From Alphaproteobacteria bacterium (GTDB lineage Bacteria > Pseudomonadota > Alphaproteobacteria > JAAXGF01), in NCBI GenBank assembly GCA_963555825.3, contig CAUVXB020000002.1:736001-800000 (forward strand): a stretch of 64,000 nucleotides of DNA, written 5' to 3'. Made by a program: the position numbers and the translations under genes. This document shows, one piece after another, positions 51,432 to 62,676 of this stretch (the first letter of the stretch is position 1; the number at the start of each line of letters is the position of its first letter). A model generated the notes under the pieces. That model saw only the letters and a list, made by a program, of their open reading frames with translations. It was not told where the DNA came from and did no database searches.

Positions 51432-53563
51432 ATGATCGTGAAACCGATGGCACTGGCCGCCGCCGCGCTGGCAGTCCTGGCGCTCGTCTTTTCGATCGCC
51501 CCCGCAACCGCCGCGCACGATGCCCAGGTTGCTAGTGTCCTGATCGATAAATTGATATGATTATGTCTCTATTTGTTTTTAGGAGGCGCGATTGATGGCG
51601 AGAGTGGCGGTGACGATCTCTTTGAGCGATGACGAGCGCGCCGAATTGGAGGCGCTGTCTCGTCGTCGCAAGACGTCGCAGGGGCTTGCGCGGCGGGCTC
51701 GGATCGTCTTGGCGGCGGCGGAAGGGTTGGAGAACAAGGAGATCGCCGTTCGTCTCGAGGCGAGCGCGGACACCGTGGGCAAGTGGCGTCGCCGCTATGC
51801 GGCGGAGGGCCTCGACGGTCTGTACGACGAACCCCGCCCCGGCGCGCCGCGTCAAATCGGCGATGACGCCATCGCGGAAGCGGTCCGGCTGACGCTGGAA
51901 GAGACGCCGCCGGACGCGACCCATTGGAGCCTTCGCTCGATGGCGCGGGCGAGCGGCCACGCGCCCTCGACCATTCATCGCATCTGGCGGGCCTTCGGCT
52001 TGCAGCCGCATCGCTCGGAGACCTTCAAGCTGTCGAGCGATCCCTTCTTCGTGGAGAAGGTCCGCGACATCGTCGGTCTGTATTTGGCGCCGCCGGATCG
52101 TGCCCTGGTTCTCTGTGTCGACGAAAAGAGCCAGATCCAGGCCCTGGACCGTTCCCAGCCCCTCTTGCCGATGCGCCCCGGGCAGGCGGAGCGGCGCAGC
52201 CACGACTACAAGCGCCACGGCACGACCTCTCTCTTCGCGGCCCTCGACATCGCCACGGGAGAGATCATCGGCAAATGTTTCCCGCGCCATCGGGCCCGAG
52301 AGTTCCGCAAATTCCTCGACCTCGTCGAGGCGAACGTCCCTGCTGATCTCGACATCCACATCGTCATGGACAACTACGGGACCCACAAGACCAAGGCGAT
52401 CCGCGACTGGTTCGCCAAACGGCCGCGCTGGCAGGCCCATTTCACACCCACCAGCGCCTCCTGGCTGAACCAGGTCGAGCGCTGGTTCGGGCTGCTGACC
52501 GACAAGCAGATCAGGCGCGGCGTCCATCGCTCCACCAAGGAGTTGAAGCGCACCATCCTCGACTACATCGACACGACAAACCAGAACCCCAAACCCTTCA
52601 AATGGACCAAATCCGCCGATGACATCCTCGGCGCCATCCAGCGCTTCTGCCTCCGAACAATCGAAATCGCTGAACAGCAGGCGAAAATCATGCGAACTTC
52701 GGAATCGGGACACTAGGTTTAACCACTGGGACCTCCGGGCGGTCACCGCGTATAAGCCGGACGCATTCAATACGAGCGAAGGCTCGTGGGTGGTAGACAA
52801 GCAACGGCAGTTCGGCGACGTCACCGTTACGGTCCTCGACTATTCCGACGGCATGTGGCGGTCGCGGTTCGTCGTCGAGCGCGGCGGCGAGACCCTGGCC
52901 GACTGGATTTCCGCGACGTGGTCCATAAGAGGCACGACCCGCGATCTGAACGGCGACGGCCTGCCCGACGTGGTGGTCGAGAGCTACAGCGGTGGGGCGC
53001 ATTGCTGTACCAGCGTGCATGTGTTCGACCCCGCCAACGGGTTCCACCACCTGTTCAGCTTCACGCTCGGGAATACCGGGTTCGTGTTCATCGATCCCGA
53101 CGGCGACGGGCATTGGGAGTTGCTGGTCAGGGACAACATCTTCTCCTATTGGGCGGCGGCGTTTGTTTACACGCCCTTCCCTGCCGCCGTGCTGCGCTAC
53201 CGCGACGAGACCCTGGAGGTGGCCACGGATGTCATGAAAAGACCGCTCGCCGAGTTGCTGGCCGAGTCGAGGTGCGGTGATGCCCCCTGCACGATTGAAC
53301 TCGTCGCCGATGTGTTACGCGATGGGGCCACCTCTACCGAGGACTGGAACGTCTACGAGGACCAGGACTTCCTTGGCCTAATCCTGGATTACATCTACGC
53401 GGGCCAGGCTGGGGCCGCTTGGGAGGTACTAGACAGGGCGTGGCCGCTCGATGAGGCGAGCAAGGTGGTGTTCCGCACGAGCCTGTTGCGGCAGCTACTG
53501 AAAAGCCCCTACTGGGGCGCGCTGGTGGAAATGAACGGAGCGGTGCTTACGTCGCCGGAGTAG
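51432..53563 (+). pseudogene. Secreted FG-GAP/VCBS-like protein interrupted by IS630 just after its signal peptide
   Basis: Rejoined MIVKPMALAAAALAV...HDAQVA|RFNHW...DLNGDGLPD..YSGGAHCC..DPDGDG. Confidence 0.75.
51533..52715 (+). mobile_element. IS630-family element (transposase 51592-52716)
   Basis: Near-identical inverted copy of 16510-17692 (one E/K difference); TA duplication within CTAG. Confidence 0.95.
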
Positions 53564-53882
53564 GGACGTGATCCGGCGCTCGACTGCCGTGTGGCAGGGC
53601 GAAGCGCAGGCTCGTCGCATAGCCCGCCAACAACCGGTGTTCAATGGCCCCAGGATCGCGCCACAGAGGCGAGATCTGGTCATGGCCTTGGGGGCTCACC
53701 GCGTAGCAAACGTCTCTCCCCGCGGCGCGAACGCCGTGGCCATGATCGTGGGCCCGGTAACGCGACGGCCACCACGGAACAACGCGAGGCGCCGTCAGTC
53801 CCGATACGGCTTACGGCTGCGGTAGAGATCGAGACAGCCGGCGGGGCCTATGCCCCCGGTGCCGGGTTCGGCGGCCGATCGG

Positions 53883-54131
53883 CTAGGTCTCCCGTCGGAT
53901 CAGCGAGGCCTCGATCTCGCGCAGATACTCGCGCAGCTTCAAGCCGACGTAGAGAATCCCATAGAGAGGCAGGCCGACGAAGTACGCGTACCACATCGCG
54001 ACCCAGGCATCCTCGTTCGGCTCTCCCAAGAGGATGACGAGCATGAAGAAAACGAACACAGCGAAACTCACCGCGATGCCGGCCACCGACTGGATCTTGA
54101 GCCAGTGGGTCAGGCGTGTAGATGTCAGCAT
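53883..54131 (-). CDS. Small two-TM membrane protein
   Basis: 82 aa with two hydrophobic helices and a GGGG RBS; IS21 sits 22 bp upstream. Confidence 0.6.
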   Translation of the reverse strand: MLTSTRLTHWLKIQSVAGIAVSFAVFVFFMLVILLGEPNEDAWVAMWYAYFVGLPLYGILYVGLKLREYLREIEASLIRRET

Positions 54132-54153
54132 TTTTCGATCCCCCTTAGATGTC

Positions 54154-56723
54154 TGAGAACGGCAGAGCAATAATCCCCCACTGAAGCGGCCGGTCGATCC
54201 GGCTGCGGCGGACCAAAATGGGACCGCGTATAGCCTTCTGTCAGGGTTGCTCTGACTGGAAGGCGGGGGGGATGTATCGGGTGGAGTTGTACGCACGGGT
54301 TCGGCGGGCGTGTCATGTCGAGGGGATGAGCACCCGCGAGGCCTCGCGGGTGTTTGGTGTAGACCGCAAGACGGTCCGTAAGATGCTGTCGTTCTCGGTG
54401 CCGCCAGGGTATCGCCGAAGCGCGCCGCCGAGGCGGCCAAAGCTGGGTCCGTTCACGGGAATCATCGATCGGATCTTGGAAGACGATCGGACCAGCCACC
54501 GCAAGCAACGGCACACTGCGAAGCGCATCTTCGACCGCCTCCGGGACGAGTACGGTTTCACGGGCGGCTACACCATCGTGAAGGACTACGTTCGTGAGCA
54601 GGGGCTTCGGTCGCGTGAGGTGTTCGTGCCACTCTCCCATTCCCCCGGTCACGCCCAGGCGGACTTCGGCGAAGCGATGGCGGTGATCGGCGGCGCGTTA
54701 CGGAAGATCCACTTCCTTGCCTTCGACCTTCCCCACAGTGATGGTTGCTTTGTTGCGGCCTATCCGGCGGAGACGACCGAAGCATTCTGCGATGGCCACA
54801 ACGCGGCGTTTGCCTTCTTCGGCGGCGTCCCCCGATCCATCCTGTACGACAACACCAAGCTGGCGGTTGCCCGGATCCTGGGCGATGGGAAGCGGCAGCG
54901 AACGCGCGTCTTCACGGAGCTTCAGTCCCACTATCTGTTCGAGGACAGGTTCGGCCGGCCGGGCAAGGGCAACGACAAGGGCAAGGTCGAGGGACTGGTC
55001 GGCTTCATCCGGCGGAACTTCCTGGTCCCCGTCCCGCGTGCCGAGAGCTTCGCGGCCCTCAACGATGCTCTCGCCGAACAGTGCCGCCGGCGCCAGGCGG
55101 CGCGGCTGCGGGGCCACAAGGAGACCATCGGCGAGCGTCTCGAGCGGGATCGTCAAGTTCTCTTGCCATTGCCGCCTGCTCCCTATGATGCCTGCGATAA
55201 GCGCCCTGGACGGGCGAGTTCGCTGTCGCTGGTGCGTTACCGCAGCAACGACTATTCCGTGCCCGTGGCCTACGGCCACCGTGAGGTGCTCATCCGGGGC
55301 TACGTCGATGAGGTGGTGATCAGCTGCGGGGCCGAGGTGATCGCCCGGCACCGCCGGTCCTACGACAGCGAGGACCTGATCTTCGACCCGCTGCATTACC
55401 TGCCCTTGATCGAGCAGAAGATCGGCGCCCTCGACCAGGCCGCGCCATTGGCGGGCTGGGACCTGCCCGAGGCCTTCATCACTCTGCGGCGGCTCCTCGA
55501 AGCTCGTATGGGCAAGGCAGGCAAGCGCGAGTACGTCCAGGTGCTCCGTCTACTGGAGACCTTCCGGCTCGAGGAGGTCGAGGGTGCGGTCGGCGACGCC
55601 CTGCGGCTCGGCGCAATCGGCTTTGATGCGGTGAAGCACCTGGTACTGTGCCGCATCGAGCGGCGGCCGCCCAGGCTCAACCTCGACGTCTATCCGTATC
55701 TGCCGCGCGCCCGGGTCGCGATGACGTCCGCCAAGTCGTACATGAGCCTGCTGTCGGGGCTCGGCGCATGACCGACACACCGCAAGTGCTGCTCGCCCAC
55801 CACCTCAAGACGCTGAAGCTGCCGACCTTCCTGCGCGAGTACGACAAGATCGCCCGGCAGTGCGCCTCGGAAGGCGTCGATCACGTCCGCTACCTGTTGA
55901 GACTCGCCGAGCTCGAGCTGATCGACCGCGAGCGCCGCATGGTCGAGCGGCGCATCAAGGCGGCGCGCTTCCCCGTGGTCAAGAGCCTCGACAGCTTCGA
56001 CTTCAAGGTCATCCCCTCGCTCAACAAGGCGCTGGTCCTGGAGCTGGCCCGCTGCGAGTACATCGAGCGCCGCGAGAACCTCATCGCGCTCGGCAACAGT
56101 GGGACCGGCAAGACCCACATCGCCCTCGGTCTCGGCCTGGCGGCCTGCCAGAAGGGCCTCTCGGTCGGCTTCATCACCGCCGCCGCGCTGGTCCACGAAC
56201 TCATCGAGGCCCGCGATGACAAGCAGCTGCTGAGGTTCCAGAAGAAGCTCGCCACCTACAAGCTTCTGATCGTCGACGAACTCGGCTTCGTGCCGCTGTC
56301 GAAGACCGGCGCCGAGCTGTTGTTCGAGGTGTTCAGCCAACGCTACGAGCGGGGCTCGACCCTGGTCACCACCAATCTGCCCTTCGACGAATGGACCGAG
56401 GTGTTCGGCTCCGAGCGCCTCACCGGCGCGCTCCTCGATCGCCTCACCCACCACGTCAACATCCTCGAGATGAACGGTGACAGCTACAGGCTCAACCAGA
56501 GCCGCAGGCGTCAAACCCCGACTGCTAACTGAACCGACCACCCAGCCCACGCTTGACCCCGTGGGCCCACAGGTCCCTCCCGCGCGCGCCGCCGCGTCAG
56601 CCTGTTGAGGGCACGCCGCGTCGCGCGCGGGGCCCTCCCGTGGACTACGGGGACAAGCCCGCAGCCGCCAAGCGGTCCCTTCTTACACCGCCGAGGTGGT
56701 CCCTTTTTGCTCCGCCATTGACA
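54154..56723 (+). mobile_element. IS21-family element (istA ~54272-55771, istB 55768-56532)
   Basis: Same sequence as 19704-22273; intact 6-bp DR GATGTC at 54148-54153 and 56724-56729. Confidence 0.96.
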
Positions 56724-56929
56724 GATGTCTCCGCTGGCTCCATGTCCCAGCTGTGAGGCGCCTTCGACTCGGCGCACAGCCTACGGTATGCGTAACGATA
56801 ACACGGAGTGGTTGGGCGACGGTCGTCGCGGGCGCCGAGATTGCCGTCCGCGCCACTACACTATCGAAGATTCGGAATTCGAGACGCGTTGCGCTACTAT
56901 GTCGGGCGACTGAAGTGGGGGCTCGGGCG

Positions 56930-57181
56930 GTGCGCGTGGTTCACGACGTCAAGATTCGACTGTCGGCTTGGTTCGATCAAGCCGTTGCCTGCCTGCGATC
57001 GTGTTCCGGGGCGACGGCGATCGAGTACGCTATCATCGCTGCATCGGTCGCCGTGGCGATCATCCTGGCGCTGAATTATCTCGGCGTCTCGCTCTCGGAT
57101 GTGTTTGAAGAAATAACGGCGGCATTCGATCCAGAACGCCGCTGTGTCGTGGTCGGATCGAACTGCGACAAGAACGACTAG
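56930..57181 (+). CDS. flp: Flp-family type IVb pilin with a Cys-containing C-terminal extension
   Basis: G|ATAIEYAIIAA..VAII..L..LG..L..VF motif; start codon uncertain. Confidence 0.8.
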   Translation: MRVVHDVKIRLSAWFDQAVACLRSCSGATAIEYAIIAASVAVAIILALNYLGVSLSDVFEEITAAFDPERRCVVVGSNCDKND

Positions 57182-57267
57182 ATTCAGCGACCACCGACGA
57201 TCGATCAATTACGCTCTTTCGATTTTTGATTCCCGTGCCGGGCCACCACACGTATCCATTTCGGGTC

Positions 57268-58515
57268 TCATGTGGCGGTCAGGTAGTCGTACGCCGACAG
57301 CACGTGGGTGCGGACGATGTGTAGGAAGTCTTCGATATCGACGTACTCGTCCCACGAGCCCATGCCGGTCGGAAAGGGGCCGTAGACGTAGGCCGGCACG
57401 TCGCGGTATCGCCACAGCCGCGTGTCGGTGCCGCCCAGGCTGACCACCGGGTCGGGCTCGTGGCCCCGGAGCTGCTTCACGTTGGCGCGCAGAATGTCGA
57501 CCATCTCGCCCTCGGGGTCGCACCAGCTCGGCGCCTGGAAGTTGATCTCTTCCATCTCGGCTTGCGGGTAGCGCGCGACGATTTCCTCCAACGCCGCCAT
57601 CACGCGGTCCTTCTCGAGGCCGACCGGAAAGCGCACGTCGGCCTCGATGACGCATTCACTGGGGATCATGTTGACTTTGAGGCCGCCCCGGATGACGCCC
57701 AGATTGACCGTGACCTTCTGGATGATCTCCGAAGCGCCCTCGCCTTGCGCCCTTTCGAGCGTCGCGGCGTTGCGCTCCAGTACGGCGCCGACGTTGCCCG
57801 GCGGCGGCGTATCGATGTCCTCCAAGGTCTCCAGTTCGGCGGCGAGCCCGACGGCGATCTTGGTCGCGCTCTCCGTGGAATGGGTGTAGGCGCCGTGGCC
57901 GCCGCGCGTGCGCACCGTGAATTTGAGCCACAGCGGGCCCTTCTCGCCGAAGCGGATCGAGTAGGGGCTCGACGGCTCGCCGTTCAGGCAGCAGTCGCCG
58001 TGGACCTCGGGGTGATTCTCCATCAGATAGCGCGCGCCGTAGGGCCCGAAGGTCTCCTCGTCGGACACCGCGGTCAGCGTCAGCCGGCCGTTGAGCCGGT
58101 CGCGGATGCGGTTGAGGTAGACGAAGGTGAAGATCGACGCCGAGGTGCCGCATTTCATGTCCGCCGAGCCGCGCCCCCAGACCTTGCCGTCGGCCACCGC
58201 GCCCGACCACGGGGGTTGCGTCCACGGATCGGCCTCGTTGACCGGAAAGCAGTCGATGTGTCCGTTGAGCACCAAGTGCTTACCCGCGCCTGCGCCCTCG
58301 AAGCTGCCGACCACGTTGGCCATCTCGGGGTGCGCGACGATCAATCGATACGGCGCGTCCTCGGCGTCGAGGAAGTCTGTGATATGGGCGACCGCCTCGC
58401 GGGTGTCGCCCGGCGGGTTGGGGCTCGCCGCCGCGACGAAGCCCGAGAAGAAATCGATCAGCTTGCCGCGGTCCGCCTCGATCCAATCGAGCAGCATCTG
58501 CTTGTCGTCGGACAT
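57268..58515 (-). CDS. M20 family metallo-hydrolase (ArgE/DapE-like)
   Basis: LNGHID, GRGSADMK, SDEE, GEP, GGHG, GGTD and H..DE motifs. Confidence 0.92.
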   Translation of the reverse strand: MSDDKQMLLDWIEADRGKLIDFFSGFVAAASPNPPGDTREAVAHITDFLDAEDAPYRLIVAHPEMANVVGSFEGAGAGKHLVLNGHIDCFPVNEADPWTQPPWSGAVADGKVWGRGSADMKCGTSASIFTFVYLNRIRDRLNGRLTLTAVSDEETFGPYGARYLMENHPEVHGDCCLNGEPSSPYSIRFGEKGPLWLKFTVRTRGGHGAYTHSTESATKIAVGLAAELETLEDIDTPPPGNVGAVLERNAATLERAQGEGASEIIQKVTVNLGVIRGGLKVNMIPSECVIEADVRFPVGLEKDRVMAALEEIVARYPQAEMEEINFQAPSWCDPEGEMVDILRANVKQLRGHEPDPVVSLGGTDTRLWRYRDVPAYVYGPFPTGMGSWDEYVDIEDFLHIVRTHVLSAYDYLTAT

Positions 58516-58584
58516 TCGCGCCTCCCTCGTCTGTCGATCCGCCGGTCGCCGCCGAATGTTAGCACGTGACCGCGGCGACATCGC

Positions 58585-58788
58585 CTAACGGCGCGCGGCG
58601 AGCACCATCCAGGCCGCCAGCGCGGCGAGCGCGAGGCCGACCGGTAGCGAGACGATCACCGGGATTTCGGTGCCGCCGATGGTAATCGCGGTGTCAGCGA
58701 CGAGGCGCAGCAGGTGGAGCACAGCGACCGCGCCGAACACCAGTGCCGCGACGTGGAGCGCCCGTTTCTGCATTCGTCTGGCCATCAT
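58585..58788 (-). CDS. Small membrane protein
   Basis: 67 aa; two hydrophobic segments with a VLHLLR motif; lies inside the operon. Confidence 0.7.
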   Translation of the reverse strand: MMARRMQKRALHVAALVFGAVAVLHLLRLVADTAITIGGTEIPVIVSLPVGLALAALAAWMVLAARR

Positions 58789-58792
58789 GCGC

Positions 58793-59491
58793 CTACTGGA
58801 AGTTCCGATAGATTGCCGCGTACCAGTTGCGGAAGGCGTCGATGCTGCGCGTCGCGGCGTCGATCACGATCGCCTCCTGGGCCGGGCTGGTGGCGTAGCG
58901 CGCGAAGTCGTCGAGCGCGCGGTCGCGGTGCACCAGATCGGCCTCGCCGTGGACGTGGAAGAAGGTCGCGTGTTCCTCGGCGAATTTATACTTGCTGACC
59001 ACCGCGTCGAAGCGCTTCGCGTTGACCGGCGCGAGCTGGTACTCCTGGATCGCGAAGGTCGCGAGACCGGCGAGCCAGCCGTCGGTCAGCGGCGCATTGA
59101 CGTATCGGTCGGTCAGCGCGATCAGCTCGGGCGAGGGCGTGTGCTCGTGGACCTCGGCCTCGGTCAGGCCGAGGCAGGCGATGCCGAAGCGCTTCATCAT
59201 GTCGATGTGGCGCTCGGCGACGACGAGTTCCTTGATGCCGTGCTCTTCGGCCAGGTTGTTGATGATCTTGTCGCGCACGTCGGCGTGCGGGCAGACCGCG
59301 TAGGTCGCCGCGAAGCCGCGCAGGAACTCCCAGTGGTAGTACTCCATGACGAAGCCACGCATGACCGCGATCGGCAGGGTGCCGGCGTACCATTCCTGCA
59401 TCAGCGGGTCCTGGTCGACGCCACGCTCCGCCGAGAGCCGCTCGAAGGCGTCCTTGAAGCGCCGCTTGCGTTGCTCGAAGGCCGTCGTCAT
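58793..59491 (-). CDS. Heme-oxygenase-like fold protein (CADD/PqqC/TenA family)
   Basis: NLAEEHG..H, E, FF.VH..AD..H putative di-iron ligands. Confidence 0.8.
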   Translation of the reverse strand: MTTAFEQRKRRFKDAFERLSAERGVDQDPLMQEWYAGTLPIAVMRGFVMEYYHWEFLRGFAATYAVCPHADVRDKIINNLAEEHGIKELVVAERHIDMMKRFGIACLGLTEAEVHEHTPSPELIALTDRYVNAPLTDGWLAGLATFAIQEYQLAPVNAKRFDAVVSKYKFAEEHATFFHVHGEADLVHRDRALDDFARYATSPAQEAIVIDAATRSIDAFRNWYAAIYRNFQ

Positions 59492-59767
59492 CGCTGGTCC
59501 CCATCGCCGCGTCGGTGATCTGCCCTATGATGCCCGATTGGCGGCGGGTGCCAGCGGTTATGCGTTCTACCGTTTTCTGTCGAAACTGATGACCTTGTAC
59601 GAATCGGCGGTTTTCTCGATTTTTGCCGTGGCGCGCTCGATTAGGCCGCCGGTGAGCTCCCCCGCTCGATATTTGATGTCTACAACGAACGTCGTCCCAG
59701 AGATCGACCTTACCGACAAGTCCTCGAAATTGGTGAGCTCGACGGTCCGAGTGCCGCCGATGATGCG

Positions 59768-62443
59768 CTAGAATTTTTGTCCGTTGAAGTATTTCTTGAT
59801 CACGGACTTCAGGTGATCGTCCTTTTCGACCTCGGCCTTGTCGACGACGATGCTCGGCGCCGGCGGCGCGGTGAGCAGGGCGGTCTGGGTCCCCTGCTGG
59901 GCCTCTGATCCACCGCTCTCCGAACCGGTCTGCGGCAGTGAGACCCTGATCAACCGAATTCTGAATTTCTTGGGGACTGAAACTGCTGTATTTACCGCCA
60001 ACCAACCACCTGCCTCGGCTTCGAACTTTCCATTGGCGAAGGCTGTGTTTACTTTCAGCCGACTTATCAGAGTCTTGAATCTTGTATTTTTTTTCAATAG
60101 CGCGGACATCACCGCGCGTAATCTACCCGACTGATCGATCGAGCCCGCAAAATTCCCCGCCACATCGTCCAAGGAATAGGCAACGTTGAATTCGTTATTG
60201 GCGATTTGGACGTTCTTTCTCTCCATCGCGTCGCTTTCCAAATCCACTATTTCGAGAATCCATTTGCCATTGAACGACGATCTGGACGGCGCCAGCATCG
60301 CCGTCTGGAACGCCTGCTCCGCCTTGGCTTTCTCGGCCGCCTTGCGTTCTTCCTCGTTGCGTTTGGCTTGCTCGGCTGCCAGGCGTTCGGCCTCGGCCAT
60401 GCGGGCGCGGGCGAGCACCGCATAGGTGCCGCCCGGGAACTGCTGCAGGTAGACCCGGTAGTCGATCGCGCGGTTGCTGTCCTTGATGGTGTCCCACAGC
60501 GCGCGCTCCCGCGCCTGGCGCTGGGCGGCCGCCACCTGGGCCTCGGCCGCCTTGCGCGCGGCTTCCTGGCGCTTGGCCTCCTCGACTGCGAGGCGCTTCG
60601 CCTCGGCCTCGGCGGCCTTGCGCTCGGCCCGCTTGCGCGCGGCTTCTTCCGCTGCCTGGCGTTCGGACGCCTTGCGCTTGGCTTCCGCCTCGGCGGTGGC
60701 GCGCGCCGCCTCTTCCGCCGCCTCCTTGCGCTTCGCTTCTTCGGCGGCGACGTGCGCCGCTTCTTCCGCCGCGACGCGCTTGGCCTCGGCCTCGGCGGCG
60801 AGCCGCGTGGCCTCCCGGCGCGCGGCCGCCTCGGCGGCCTTGCGCTCGGCCTCCTGGCGCTTCGCTTCCTCGGCGGCGTGTCGCGCGGCTTCTTCTGCCG
60901 CGACACGCTTGGCCTCGGCCTCAGCGGCGAGCCGCGTGGCCTCCCGGCGCGCCGCTTCCTCGGCAGACTTGCGCTCGGCCTCGGCCGCCGCCTGGCCGAA
61001 CGTCGCCAGCCTGAGCGTCGCCAGCGCGGCGAAGGCGCCCTCGGGGAACTGCGAGAGATAGGCCTGGTAGTCGGCCGCCTCGGCGCTGTCCTTGATCGCC
61101 TGCCAGAAGGCCAGCTCGGCGGCGCTGCCCTGCACCGCCGCGCGGCTCTCGGCACCGGCCTCGAGCCGGGCAATGCGCGCCTTGGCGAGCGGTGCGTAAA
61201 CGCCCGCGGGGTAGGCGTCGAGATAGGCCTGGTAGTCGGCCGCGAACTGGCTGTCCTTGACGGCGCTCCACAGCGCCACCTCGGCGGGCGCGATCGCCGG
61301 CGCCGCCGGGGCGGCGGGCGCGGCGGTCGCGACCGTGGTCGTCGGCGTCACGGCGATCGGCACGAACAGGAAGTCGCCGCCGTCGTGGCCGGCCTTGCGC
61401 ACGTCGGCGTATTCCGGCGTCTGATCGGCGTTGACCACGATCGGCCGCTTGATGGCGTCGAACAGCGCCTGGCCGTCGAGTATATCGGTGTTGCCTTCGA
61501 GCGCATCGAGGAACGCCTTGGCGAACACCGAATGGCCGCCGCCGCCGGCATCGAGCACCGGCTCGAGGCCGCCCGAGGTGAGCGCCGTGCGCGAGCGCCG
61601 GCCGTTCATGCGCTTGAGCCAAGCGGTGCGCTCGGCGCCCGTCTTGAGGCTCGCCGCGGCGTTGCGCGTCAGCTTGCCCGAATAGCACGAATCGGCGACC
61701 ACCATGACGTGTTTGGCGCTCATCGCCCGAAGCTGGCCCGAGATGTCGTTGTTCGACACCCAGTTGACCGGGTTGTCCGGCTCGGCGTCGACCGGCAGCC
61801 AGTAGCCCTCGTCCGAGCCGATGTCGAGGCTGCCGTGGCCGGCGTAGTAGATCAGCAGGTTGTCGGTCTCGTTGAGCTCGGCGCGCAACCGCGACAGCGC
61901 CGAGATGATGTCGTAGCGCGTCGCGTCGACCAGCACCTCGACATCGAAGCCATAGTGCCGCTCGAGCATCTCGGCGACCGCCTCGGCGTCGACCACCGCC
62001 ATTTCCAGATCGGATAGATGCTTGTATGCGTTATTGCCGATGACCAGCGCGTGGAAGCGGCCGTAGACGGCGGGCCCCTCGGCGACTGCCGCGGCGCGCC
62101 GCACCAGCACCTTGTGCTCGGCGCGGTCGCCGTACGAGCCCTCGAGCACCAGCAAGAGATCGGTGCGGCCGACCGGGACTTCTTGGCGAATGCGGAAGCT
62201 GCCGTCGGGCGCCACCTTGACCGGCGCGCCGTTGACCGTCAGCGTCACCTCGCCCGGCGCGATCACGCGGCCCGAGAAGTCGACGGTCTCCTGGTCGGTC
62301 TTGAGCCGGCGCGGCGCGTCGATCACCGCGAGGCTCGACTGCGCCAGCACCAGCGGCGCCGCCGTCGCGTCGCCCCGGTCGCCGGCGCGCGCGTCGCCCG
62401 ACAGGCCGAAAACCAGCAGGGCGACGAACACCGCCCACCTCAT
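59768..62443 (-). CDS. Secreted caspase-like (peptidase C14) protein with Ig-like domain, short repeats and Ala/Glu/Arg-rich linker; ends at a probable internal TAG
   Basis: ALVIGN..Y, YYAGHG and DSCYSG catalytic dyad; three W..(I/V)KDS....DY..YL...P.G.(Y/F)A.LA repeats. Confidence 0.88.
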   Translation of the reverse strand: MRWAVFVALLVFGLSGDARAGDRGDATAAPLVLAQSSLAVIDAPRRLKTDQETVDFSGRVIAPGEVTLTVNGAPVKVAPDGSFRIRQEVPVGRTDLLLVLEGSYGDRAEHKVLVRRAAAVAEGPAVYGRFHALVIGNNAYKHLSDLEMAVVDAEAVAEMLERHYGFDVEVLVDATRYDIISALSRLRAELNETDNLLIYYAGHGSLDIGSDEGYWLPVDAEPDNPVNWVSNNDISGQLRAMSAKHVMVVADSCYSGKLTRNAAASLKTGAERTAWLKRMNGRRSRTALTSGGLEPVLDAGGGGHSVFAKAFLDALEGNTDILDGQALFDAIKRPIVVNADQTPEYADVRKAGHDGGDFLFVPIAVTPTTTVATAAPAAPAAPAIAPAEVALWSAVKDSQFAADYQAYLDAYPAGVYAPLAKARIARLEAGAESRAAVQGSAAELAFWQAIKDSAEAADYQAYLSQFPEGAFAALATLRLATFGQAAAEAERKSAEEAARREATRLAAEAEAKRVAAEEAARHAAEEAKRQEAERKAAEAAARREATRLAAEAEAKRVAAEEAAHVAAEEAKRKEAAEEAARATAEAEAKRKASERQAAEEAARKRAERKAAEAEAKRLAVEEAKRQEAARKAAEAQVAAAQRQARERALWDTIKDSNRAIDYRVYLQQFPGGTYAVLARARMAEAERLAAEQAKRNEEERKAAEKAKAEQAFQTAMLAPSRSSFNGKWILEIVDLESDAMERKNVQIANNEFNVAYSLDDVAGNFAGSIDQSGRLRAVMSALLKKNTRFKTLISRLKVNTAFANGKFEAEAGGWLAVNTAVSVPKKFRIRLIRVSLPQTGSESGGSEAQQGTQTALLTAPPAPSIVVDKAEVEKDDHLKSVIKKYFNGQKF
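60560..60980 (-). repeat. Coding tandem repeats (two near-identical ~120-bp units) in the caspase linker
   Basis: AARREATRLAAEAEAKRVAAEEAA occurs twice. Confidence 0.8.
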
Positions 62444-62676
62444 CGTGCAACCCCCTTCATACCGAGAGTTTAGCGAACGCAGCCGGTTATGGGAATGTCA
62501 ACGGTCACAGGCTCACAAAGCTGTGTGGCGAAGGTCCAGCGCTTGTTCGCGCCAACTCGGCGCGATCGTTCTCGACCAATTCGATCTCGCAAAACAGCCA
62601 TAAGATGCTATGAGGCTGAAGGACGCAGCCTCAAGCTCCTTCGATTATTTCAACCTCGATCAGAAGGAGCGACACG

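Noticed and set aside
60206-62017. Long + strand ORFs and repeats suggesting a CRISPR or other repeat array
   Set aside because: Antisense to the Ala-rich coding repeats of the caspase gene; no repeat-spacer structure and no cas genes are visible in the window.
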